Shown piece by piece: positions 52,520 through 64,000 of a stretch of DNA of 64,000 nucleotides. The notes under the pieces are model-generated. The model was given only the letters and a program-made list of their open reading frames with translations, searched no databases and was not told where the DNA came from. Both the position numbers and the translations under genes were made by a program. The stretch's first letter is position 1. Every line of letters starts with the position of its first letter. Origin of the DNA: Octopus sinensis (taxonomy: Eukaryota); NCBI RefSeq assembly GCF_006345805.1, contig NC_043007.1, positions 30,504,001 to 30,568,000 on the forward strand. Direction: 5' to 3'.

Positions 52520-53720
52520 ATTGGTGCTGAGGCCATTTGTTAGATATCGTCACGCACCAATAAATCTGAACTTGCAATCCGGGTAGAACAGCTGTCAATG
52601 TCTCAACAGTATTTTCTTTCTCGCTGACCTTTAACTTTCTGTTGATATCCTCTGGGCATCTGATTTCCTCTCCGCTTCATAGTTTTCCTTCTCTGTCCAA
52701 AATCACCATCTCTAGTCTATTCTGTTGACATTTTATAAAGGATTTCACTGGAACATTCCATCAGTGCCCTTTCATATTATGAGTGGTTATGACCTTTACC
52801 ACACAGTGGGTTCTTATCTCTTTGGCTTCAGGATTATCCTTCCGACAGATTTCATTATACGGTGTCTTGGCTACAACATCATATCTTATCGGTAGCTAAC
52901 AACCCGATCGTATTTTCAGTCATCAGTTTATGATGTTGATGATACTTTCGGTGTCCGCTGCACGAGGTGAAGCATTAGTTATCATTTCTTGGTATTTTCC
53001 TTGCGTCTTTCTCCCGCTTGCTATTTCCCGTTCCTCCATCACAAACGCATACCTTTCAAAGCCAGAATTATTGATCCGGTTGTTGGTCCATGATAGACTA
53101 CTTTAATTATCAATGTAACTGTCACTCGGAGCTTTCTGCTAACATATCCGTGCATGGTTTTCTGCTGATAAGCGCTCATCCTTTCATTTGATGATATGCT
53201 GCAACAGTCGTGCAACGTCTTTGGTTATCAGACAAGGAATGGTGCACGAGGAGCTGCTTTCCAAATCTCACGATGTTATCTGCCTCGTGTATTGAAACAT
53301 AGTTAAGGGATGTACTTCGACACTTGGTAGCTAAAAGATGTTGCCGGAGGGATATGATGTGAGATTCAAAGGCAGTTTGGATAGATGTTAAGCCTCTGCC
53401 TATTTGCTTCCGTTTTAGACAGAAGCGGTCTCCGTTGCTGTTGACGCGAAAATTATTCCTGCCGGTCAGTATCTTCCGGTTTTCCACATCAATGGCTCGG
53501 ATCTCATCAAGCGTCAAATCAAGCCCAAACGATGATATGAGCACTGGCACGGCAAACACATTGTAGGCCAACGTTTTATTGAAAGCAGAGGGTCCCGAAG
53601 TCCCCGTTTTTCCTATCCGGCTGGTATATTCTTCAGTAAGGCGTTTCATGTTACAGGTGCCATCGTAAAAGAAGTTGTCATATACCCCTAGGTACTTGTA
53701 ATGTTCCTTATCAAATATAG
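52520..53720 (-). mobile_element. R4/Dong-type LINE family B, 3' 1.2 kb remnant
   Basis: YKYLGV, NKTLAYNVFAVPVL, IDVENRKIL, GRGL (ORF 53176-53649); SLSWT...FE.YAF..EE.EI; DVAKT.YNEI.RKDNP; NR..MVI.DRE..CPEDIN...SEKEN (RLE). Confidence 0.85.
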
Positions 53721-54214
53721 GAGAAACACTTCAGTCATTGGTGGAGATACTGCGAGTCTCACTTACAGATTTCCTGTATGGATGGATGGATGGATTAATG
53801 GATGGATCAATAGGTGGATTTATGAGTGTGCGTGCATGTATTAGTGAAATTGTGCTCGTAAAATATATACTAGACGAATGTTCAGCTGTTTAGAAAACAC
53901 TGTTTTGAGAAATACTATTTGTTATGCTTCATAATTCGGTCTAAAGTGGGCCTTATTCATAGGATGATTATGAGGGAAACACAAATATGTAAAGCTTGAA
54001 AAAGTTTGAACAGTTTGAAAAATAATCGATCTGTCAGCGCACATAGATATGGCGGTGCATGACGTAGGTGATGACGTCTTTCCTCGGTCAGATGGCTCGC
54101 ATAGATTAGAATGAAAATGCTATCAGCTGAGAGTAAGTAAACCACGATTTAGATTCACAATCGGAAGCAAATCAGATATAACGGTGGAGCCTCCGTGTGC
54201 TCGCTTGCTCTTTA

Positions 54215-54430
54215 TATTTTATCTTTTACTAGTTTCTGTCATTGGACGTCGGCCATGCTGGAGCACCGCCTTCAATGGTCAAGTGAAAAAAAATTGAACC
54301 CACACTTTATGTTCTAAGCCAACTCTTATTCTGTCGGTTCTTTTTTTATTTTTGTCTAACCGCTAAGTTACAGGGACGTAAACAAACCAACACCGGTAGT
54401 CAAGCAGTAATGGAGAACAAATGGAACGCA
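54215..54430 (-). mobile_element. SINE family 1, 3' half
   Basis: Tail ggcggtgctccagcatggccgacgtccaatgacagaaactagtaaaag. Confidence 0.8.
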
Positions 54431-54559
54431 CACACACACACGCACGCACACCATACACATATACGCACACACATATATACATATATATTTTTATATATAT
54501 ATAATATATGTATGTGTGTATATATAAATATATGTGTGTGTATATATATATATACACAC

Positions 54560-54699
<140 letters not shown>

Positions 54700-54900
54700 C
54701 ATATATGGGTACAGGACGTCACCAACAGTAAACAACATGAAATACGAAAACAAATGAGTTAAATACGCAAATAACGAGAGAAAAACAAACGCATAAGAAT
54801 GGCCCTTCATCAGTTGTCGATTGTCTATCTACTCCCCATTTCAAACAATCAATGACAATATAAGTCTTCGAAGACAGTTGATCCCGTAACTACCAAAATG
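54700..54900 (-). mobile_element. Probable PLE-derived non-autonomous repeat end
   Basis: Homologous to 14757-14945; contains caactgatgaaggg; fades into (TA)n. Confidence 0.55.
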
Positions 54901-54964
54901 AAATTTGTTGAATAGCTGCTACTCTTATTTGGTAGACAGACAGACAGACGGACGCACGAACAGA

Positions 54965-55135
<171 letters not shown>

Positions 55136-55599
55136 ACATATTAGTGTTAGCGTGTTTAATGTAAGAGAAACGTTAAGGAGAAATGATAATGCGGTGAGAT
55201 AGAGGGAAACTGAGAGGTCAGTGTTGATATATTTGATGCGGCGAGCATTGATAAGATAACAAGAGATAATTAGGTTCAGAGACGAGCTAATAGATAGACA
55301 AACGTGTGAGTTAGTATTAATATATTTGACGTAGGGAGCGTTAATTGTTAACTTAGCAATAACTGTTAAGGCGGACAGGAAGACAGAAAGACAAACAGAC
55401 AGGGAGAGAAAGACATTGATAGTTTGGTGCTAATGGTTAATATAGGCAGAATCATTAGATTAATTGCAAATATTTATGCATTGAGGAAGAAATACAATCA
55501 TCAATGACTATAATATTTATTTATTTTTTCATTGACGGGGAGACAACTTCGAACACATTTCCGTCTTCTGGTGTCTTCAGTGGTAACAGAGTTTACCTA

Positions 55600-55830
55600 T
55601 TTCTTTACTACCCACAAGGGGCTAAACACAGAGAGGACAAACAAGGACAGACAAACGGTTTAAGTCGATTACATCGACCCCAGTTCGTAACTGGTACTTA
55701 ATTTATCGACCCCGAAAGGATGAAAGGCAAAGTCGACCTCGGTGGAATTTGAACTCAGAACGTAACGGCAGTCGAAATACGGCTACGCATTTCACCCGGC
55801 GTGCTAACGCTTCTGCCAGCTCGCCGCCCA
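55600..55830 (-). mobile_element. Full-length Meta-domain-like SINE (tail A)
   Basis: ggcggcgagctggcagaagcgttagc head, gagttcaaattcc B box, gtcgactttgcctttcatcctttcggggtcgataaattaagtaccag core, tail A. Confidence 0.92.
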
Positions 55831-56397
55831 GAGTTTACCGTCTTGCGAGCGTAGCGACAGATGCATTCCTTAACCAATATACAAGAACTCTGGTTGTGTC
55901 CGGTGGGTTGAAGTCAAAGAATTGGCGGAAAGAGGGCGATGATAAGATCGTTCCTTGTTTGACACCTGTACAAGTTTGTAGAATGGTTGCTGGAGGAGAA
56001 TGGAATTGTTTACAGAACAAACTACTCAAAGAGTGTTAAAATATATTTCTATCGACCACACTAAGTGATGCTAAGCCGTTCTAATTTCCACAAAGAATTC
56101 TATCGATTATATGATGTATTTCCACAACGATTTTCATCGATTATATTACACATAACCACCTTTCCTTCTTTCTTTTCTTTCTCATTTTATTTTTCATTTT
56201 TTGTTGTTTTACTCGTTGTTGTTCTTGTTGTTGTTGGTATGTTTGTTACCTTCTCAATTTCTTTTCTTCTTTTCCTCTTAAATAATTACATTTATTAATA
56301 ACCGCATTTGTGCTTACCTATCTCTCTGCCTACCCATCAATCTATCTACCTATCCACTTATCTCTCTCGAATCACGCACATATACAATGTTTCTCCA

Positions 56398-56431
<34 letters not shown>

Positions 56432-56630
56432 AATGTGTGTGTGTGTGCTTTTGTGTGTGTGTGTGTGTGCTTTTGTGTGTGCGTATCTGTCTGTCAATTT
56501 ACAAACGTACCTACTGCCTAGCTATCTACTGATACATGCGCATAAATACAAATATATACGCATATACATACATTCATGTCTCTCTCTTTATAGATATATA
56601 TATATATATTATATATATTACATTTATATA

Positions 56631-56707
<77 letters not shown>

Positions 56708-57305
56708 GCGTGTATATGTACATGTAGAGGTAGGTACGTACATATGTATATATATGCATATGTTTTATTTTATTTATTAATATATATATATATATATATG
56801 TGTATATATAAACACACACATAGTGGCACGCACACAACACACACACCTATCTATATCTGACCGACTGACTGTCTACTCGTTCTCTTTGCTCTTATTCCCC
56901 ATATAAATTCATTCACTTTATTCATTTTTATGTAACACAGAAACGGTTCATTTGCTGAAAGCTTTCACCGCCTCACAGTCCGCACACCCAATCGACCACC
57001 CACCCACCACCACCGCCACCACCACCACCAGCACTACAGTACTTTTAAACTACCAAGGCCGCAACCATCAAACCATCCAACCACCCATAACCACTCCCTT
57101 CAAGCCAGTGCTTCCACATGCTTCTCTGAACACATTGCTTATCAAACAACGCTCAGCTCCGGCTCTCCGACGCTGCAGCCCTACTTTATGCGGCTGACAT
57201 ACCTTTCAATCAAATTTCACGCCACTACGGGGCAGCAGCAGCAGCACCAACATCACCAACAGCTACAGCAGCAAGCAGCAGCAGCCGCAGCAGCAGTAGC
57301 ACTAC

Positions 57306-57338
<33 letters not shown>

Positions 57339-57568
57339 TAGTAGTAGTAGTAGTAGTAGTAGTCCACAGTAATCCTCAGATCACATCAACTTTATCGAGA
57401 ATAGTAATGCCTCTCATTACTTCTCTCTCTGTCTCTCTCTCTCTCTTAATATGTGTGTATGTATATATATATATATATGTGTGTGTGTATGTGTGTGCGC
57501 ATGTGCGTTTTTGGTGTGTGTGTGCTTCAATTTATGTGATATGTGTGTGCGTATATGTACATGCACAC

Positions 57569-57611
<43 letters not shown>

Positions 57612-58120
57612 TATATATATGCGTGTATACATGCATATAAGTACACACATATAGACTTATATACACATACATACATACATACATACATACATACATACAT
57701 ACATGCACACATACATGCACACATACATGCACACATACAGAAAGGTACTGAATCAGCAGAATCGGTTGAGCATCCAGCAATTGATGTAACTTATTGGTTC
57801 CGGCTCCCTGCGTTCGAAACTCACGTTGGCTAAGATTCCATTTCATCGTTTTGGTTCGATAAATAAGGTACAAATGAGTAAAAAAAGGACCAGTGTTAAA
57901 TAAAGTAGTCGTGCACTGACTGTAAATGCTGCAATGTCGAGCATGATGCCGTGCCGTCTCTGTTGCAGTTCTTTTATGGTCTGAATTGCAATTCCAATTT
58001 GAGAGTTAATTGTTACGTGATTGCAATTGATTATACAAACAGACTGTTAATTGTAGAGAAATGCGGTTATCGTCTGCATCTGTAGTCAAACACTGTATAA
58101 ATACATACATACATACATAC

Positions 58121-58167
<47 letters not shown>

Positions 58168-58349
58168 GAGATAGTAGGCAAAAACGATGGATAGCTAAAA
58201 ACATCACTACGCAAGTGTTCCAATAGTTATTTACTACCAATTCAAAGAACATTCCTCAACCTATCATAAAACATTACGCAAACCCGAATTCTTGCGCAAC
58301 CGTCCCATTTTTTTCGATTGATATTCAACCGTCGATGAGGTGGAGCAGG

Positions 58350-58386
58350 AAGGTGACGACGATGCTAATGACGACAACGACGACCA

Positions 58387-58449
<63 letters not shown>

Positions 58450-58466
58450 CCACCACCACCACCACC

Positions 58467-58523
<57 letters not shown>

Positions 58524-58545
58524 GATGATGACCACCACCACCACC

Positions 58546-58579
<34 letters not shown>

Positions 58580-58641
58580 TGATGATGATGATGATGACGA
58601 CGACCACGACCACGACGACGATGACGATGACGACGACGACA

Positions 58642-58685
<44 letters not shown>

Positions 58686-58720
58686 GAAGAAGAAGAAGAA
58701 GAAGAAGAAGAAGAAGAAAA
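58350..58720. repeat. (GAC)/(GAT)/(CAC)/(GAA) array with ~70-80-bp higher-order units
   Basis: Direct inspection. Confidence 0.93.
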
Positions 58721-59200
58721 TCTATTGGGACTATCTCACCAACAGGATGTTCAACACAACCTGTTGGCAGGATTCCTATTCATATGAAGAAAAGATCCTT
58801 CGAAATACACATTGAGTAGATTCTATCAGATGGATATTTGAAGTTCAACATTACCAAATGTATACAGAGTTACGAACAGCCGTTTGTTTCCTCAAGATAA
58901 TCTTGAAGAAAAGGGAAGAGCGAGGCAAAAGAATGACCAGTTTGGACAAAAGAAATGAATTTCAACTTTTCTCCGATGCTGCTTCAAGGGAGTTACATGT
59001 AATCCGACTTCATCCAGGAAATCAAAAGAATGACTACGGAACAAAAAAAAAAAAAGATACAACTTACTCGGGACAACAATGTTCAGAAGAAAAGAAAACA
59101 AGTATGCAGCCATGTTGACACAATGACAAGACACATTGGTTGATGGAGCTGGAAGTGGAGGCTATAAAGAGAAGTGGTTGTATTTTGTTTGATAATCGTG
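58720..59200 (+). mobile_element. Possible RLE-type LINE endonuclease remnant
   Basis: 'RKENKYAAML...GAGSGG' echoes the K..KY..L...EVG.RG RLE signature; weak. Confidence 0.25.
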
Positions 59201-60682
59201 GAAACCGGGAAAGTTCTGATTGGGATACCAATAATACTAAACATGATAGAATTGATAACAATAGTAATTTTACTGTTATAAGAAGAAGGTTGCCGTATTA
59301 ATAAACAATATTTACCAATTCCGGACATTGTAATTCTTCAGTGACAGCCAATCTGCTGTTCGACAATTTTCTGTAGTTACGGATGAAGAGTTGACGGAAC
59401 ATATAGGAACAGAATGTTAAGATATTTCGGTCAGGCCGAAGCAATCTCCACGAGCTGGAGGAAATTTGTTTAAGTGGACTTTTTTCGTGTTCATAAGGGA
59501 CAATATCAGCGATTAAAATGGGAGATAATTTACAACATTTACATATCCAACTCTGTTATCCAATTAAACAATTTCTTAATCGTTTGTGTAGTCACAACAA
59601 TATATACGGGATTAACTAGACGACGCCTCGTAACAAAAGATAGAAGTTACAAACATAGGATAGACAAATGAAAGACAAATTAAAATCTTACGCAGTGAAG
59701 AAAGCGTAGATATTGGTATGTAACCCTTTCGAAAACAAAATTGTACTGTATGATGCTTATGACAACATTAATTGAACACGACTGTAAAATCTCGAAAGCT
59801 TAAAGCATAAATATTTGCTTTCAATGGTTGATTTAATATAGCATTTGAAGTATACCATTACTGAAAAAGAAAAGCATTTGAATAAAACGGCTCAGTGGAA
59901 ACCTCGCCCTCAAACAACCTGCAATAGTTTTATGAGGCAAAGAGGAGACTAAAGCAAAGAAATGGGTAAGGTTTACATCAAATATATACAAATGTGAGAT
60001 TTTCTTTTTGATAGCTTTAGGAACTGTAAAAGTCGCGGCATTGATAATATTTAAAAGTGAAACTTGAAATGGCATCGAATGACTTGAAATTCATTTCTTT
60101 TACTCAGACGGAGTCCTTTGTTTTGTTGCCGCTCTGTTCACACTTCTACAAACGGTTTTTCTGAGAAAAACAAACGATTATTCGTAACTTTGGAATATGA
60201 TTATGGAAGTTCAAATAAAACATCCACTTCCTTTAAATGTTAGGGATGGGGAGGATACCGTTTGATACTCTACTGCTTCAGAACATCCTTCAGCAAGACT
60301 TTGAAATAAGCACCTTTTACTAACGAGGGCAAGAACGGCCTCAAAGGCAAGATCACCAGCTGACCCCACATCCTACGACACACATCATTTCTTTGTCGGT
60401 GAGCGATAAACTACTCTTCAAATTACGATCCAAAACTGGATAAAATACAATTCTGTAGAGCACAAAGGATCGATGCCTGAAGGAGAATTGATCGATTTCT
60501 TTTCAAAAATATGGTAGTGGACGATGCGACAGTGAGAAATCAGAGCCTGTCATATCCCTGGATTCTCCCAGACTGATTTATGAAGATACTGGAATTACAT
60601 TAATTTGACAATATTGTGCGGAACTTTAAGGGAACAAGGAAATGACAGACATATTATGTGGCGTATATCAGACTTTCATATA

Positions 60683-60761
<79 letters not shown>

Positions 60762-61349
60762 AAACAGAAAATGGCATAACTAGGTACTGCATACATTTCA
60801 TGTGTTATAGCCCAGGATTGTAAAAATCTACACAATGTATAGAACGTAGCTTTAGAAGGCACCACACACATACTTTTGGCCTCTTTCAAATTGACAGAAA
60901 CCAAAAGCCCAATCGTGACACTGCGTATACCCGAGGTGCACATAGCTGTCCTCAATTGTGCAGCAAAAGTACGAAGTGGAGAAAGAATGAAGTATGGAAT
61001 GGGAAAAAAAAATAAAAGAAATTCGAAAAAGATAAAAAACAGGTCAGAATAAGAAAGAAAGAATGACGAGAATATTTGAAAGAGAAAAAGGAATAAAGAT
61101 AGAAAGAATTACGAAATGCAGAAAGCTAGAAAGAAAGAGGGAAAGAAAAAAGAAAAGAAAGCAATTAATGGGGGGAAGAAAGACAAGAGGTCCACAAAAC
61201 ATTTGGTTTATTTCTATTTCCAACCTAGTTTCTATTTATTTGTTTGTTTGTTTGTTTGTTTGTTTTTGCTAATCTGGTCGAGTCATTGAGATAGATTCAG
61301 ATAAACCACTTCACTGCTTCCCTACATAAGCAACTCTTCTTCTCTTTAC

Positions 61350-61480
61350 CTTTCATATTTCCAGCTCTTTCCTCGCTTCGTTCGCCTTAATGCCGATCGC
61401 CATGTTTTCGCCGGCGTTCGTCCTCTCCGCTCGCTCAGCGTCGAAACTTAACTTGCACAAACAGACGATGACTGCTGGTA
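61350..61480 (-). promoter_or_regulatory. CpG-rich candidate TSS / first exon
   Basis: About 15 CpG in ~100 bp; aaacATGGCG (Kozak/YY1-like) at 61403 opening MAIGIKANEARKELEI*; donor AAG|gtaaag at 61350; G-rich upstream tract. Confidence 0.45.
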
Positions 61481-61658
61481 GCGATGGGGAGGAGAGGCGG
61501 GAGGTTAGCATGAAACGGGGGAGGAGGAAAGAATGAAGGAAGTGGGGGGAATGTAAGGTAGCAGGAAGTGAGGGTGGGGGAGAAAAAACAAAATCGATGA
61601 AATCCTCAAATCGATAAACCTATCTATGGTTCCGATTTGGTCGATCTAATCCATCGAT

Positions 61659-61694
<36 letters not shown>

Positions 61695-61706
61695 CTTCTT
61701 CTTCTT

Positions 61707-61739
<33 letters not shown>

Positions 61740-62479
61740 ATTATTATTATTATTATTACAATATTTTAATATTCTTCTTATCAATGAAAAGAAATCTATA
61801 GATAGCGATGGGGGGCAATGGTACCTGTAACACCCCTCACGAAACACCTGACCATATCTAGGCTTGCACTTCATGATTTCGGAGTTCAAACCCTGTCAAT
61901 AGCCACAATGATTTTATCTTCCTAGAATCATCAAAATAAACACTAGAATCAATTGATGAGATCGATATAACCGAATAGATGGGGCCTTGTGTCCTTTTGC
62001 CTAATATATATATAAATATATATATATCATTATAGATGGAATAACTTGCAGTATTCGTTTCGGCTCTTTTCCTTCTGAGTTACATCTCTTAAATTGCCCG
62101 ATTTTTAGATAATCCAGAGGCAAACTGCTAATTGATTATTTTCCTAAGAGTGAAGGTGGGATGGTAACGTAAGCGATCTTTTTCTTTTGTACGAGAAATA
62201 AACGCTAAATTAGCAGAGGTGGGGTGCCCCTGGTGGACGCCCCAGTGGGATGGCGCAGATCGTATTTAATTTTTGTATTAAATACAGCTCCCTTATGCAC
62301 CACAACAAGCCATAATAAATTAATGTTGAGGGGAACTGGCGTCAGCAGATCGCCTTGACTTAACAAGACGCCCTGCCCCCCACCAGTGAGAAACCAGTCG
62401 CGATGAAACGCGCTCAAATCTATTGCTTCATCTTTGATATCATTTTTATATCATCTTTTCTAGCATTCTATATTATTTC

Positions 62480-63850
62480 TGGTACACATAAAGTTGTTTG
62501 CAAACTGCATCTATTTGTAAATTTACAAAAGTATTTCGTCTTATAATTCTGATAACAAACTTTGTCAAGAACTGATGAACCATACCACATTTAAAGATAG
62601 GGAGGCAAAAACGAACTTTGAGTTGCTTGAGTAAATGAACAGCGGGATGAAGTAGCGAAAAACCGCTTCAAAATCGCAAAAGCTGCATGAAATATTTATG
62701 TCTGATGGTCACATGTGGAGTGGTTTGCGTTGTGTTTATTGTCGTGATACAATAATTGCTAGGAGTTTTGCTAAGGGAAAGAAATTTGAAGACACTTAGA
62801 AGCAAGACTTCCATAAACTTGGAAAACAACTATTGCTTGTGAACAGAGTACTGCACTTGCTACGTGAGATTTCGAGTGATCAAGAGCGAAAATAATCAAA
62901 CTGAGAGCAGATTAAAGTTATTTATAATCCCGTTTTAGCCTTTCAGATAAATAACTATTTAATTTCAGTTCAGCATTTTAATGGCCGTATGTAAAAAGAT
63001 GTTGAAAGTTTTTGACAGCTGGTGAGGCAATAATTATGTGCTTGAATTTATAGAATGATGCAACTTCGTTGTTGAAATATACATGTTTAAACAAACTGCA
63101 TCTGCAAATTTTCACACCTTGACAATTGATGAAAACACTAAATTACCTGTTGATAAATATCTTGTTTTCTATTTCCAGTTCAGACGTAACTATTGCAGTG
63201 AGTATAAAACATTTTCGTGGAATAATCCAGTTGCATGTTTGTGATGTATCTTCTATCGTGACTGATATTAAATAGTTTTCAGTAAAGAAGGCTTGGTCTC
63301 CTGAAAAATTATGTTAGGGTGCTAGATTCCCTTGTTCGAAAATATAAGGACACAGATCGTGTCGTACAGTCAGCTGGAGATGATGTCTTCTGGGGCTAAA
63401 CTACAGCAACATTCGTCCTCAACCAGGACTGCCATGTTATGTTGGCAAGCAATCCTTACTCCGAAGTACTTTTGCTGAATATCTCTCGTTGTGAGATTTA
63501 CAAATAGTAATTTTCTAATTATGTTTACCTCTGATAGATTCTTAGGGATGTTGAGTAAAATTACTGCGATCGCTGCAAAACTTAAATTTAAAGTAAAATA
63601 TTTTGTCCAGCAACACTGTGCGGCTGCGCAAGCGGTTTTGAGAATCTCTGATACTTGGAAGGAAGTTAGACTAATCAGATACATTAAGAACAATGTGCGA
63701 ACGGTTTTCTCGGTCCACAGAGAAAAGGCGTGAGTCTATGAGTCTAAGGAAATTAATGGAATTTCTGAAAATTGTGTTATTGCATTCAAGCTCCACAATG
63801 AAGAGCAGTGGCTACCCAGAAATTTTGTATTAACGGCAATGATAAAAAAA
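62480..63850 (+). mobile_element. Decayed hAT transposase (ZNF862-like), interrupted by an insertion
   Basis: FHTLTIDENT...KYLVFYFQF, DVSSIVTDIK, MFTSD....ML.K...IAAKL.....QHC.A, WKEV, F.L.NE..WL.R; stops, frameshifts and the insertion at 63315-63465. Confidence 0.75.
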
Positions 63851-64000
63851 AAAGCTGTGAGGGACTGATCACATGATCCTATGGTTAATTATTGTTACAA
63901 TAAGTTACCTAACGGGATACTCAAGGTAGCTGTTCGTGTGTTAAGTGATGTCCTTGAAGAACAGACTTCCCTGTGTCAAAAGTAATCTGGTAGAGGGAAT

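Noticed and set aside
54780-54860. Hammerhead ribozyme around caactgatgaaggg
   Set aside because: The core heptamer is present but I could not form helix II/III with a correctly placed GAAA.
62205-62420. GC-rich MITE-like patch
   Set aside because: No convincing TIRs or TSD found.

Overview
AT-rich, microsatellite-saturated animal genomic DNA with one 100-N gap. The SINE/LINE repertoire looks like an octopus (coleoid cephalopod) genome; that assignment comes from my recall of the repeat families, not from a search. No intact protein-coding gene is evident, and almost all long ORFs in the track are translated microsatellites. The window is a transposon graveyard: two frameshifted CR1/L2-type LINEs plus two 3' fragments, at least two families of R4/Dong-type (RLE) LINE remnants, Penelope-like (GIY-YIG) remnants, two mariner remnants, a ZNF862-like hAT remnant, two Helitron-like non-autonomous elements and more than 20 tRNA-derived SINE copies. 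The most interesting signals are five. (1) A tRNA-headed SINE whose body carries a Penelope-type minimal hammerhead ribozyme (43.6-44.1 kb). (2) An R4-type LINE family whose junctions repeatedly sit in (CATA)n microsatellites, while other R4-type ends sit in (TAA)n and the CR1-type ends in (TA)n. (3) A covarying CATGGCC-hairpin-RAAAC 3' tail shared by LINEs and a SINE. (4) Recurrent fold-back architecture, including a Helitron-like element whose CTAG end is replaced by an inverted copy of its own 5' 87 bp. (5) Islands of unique sequence with promoter motifs and minus-strand splice donors, hinting that the window is mostly intronic to an unidentified minus-strand gene. Most repeat boundaries are approximate (tens of bp).
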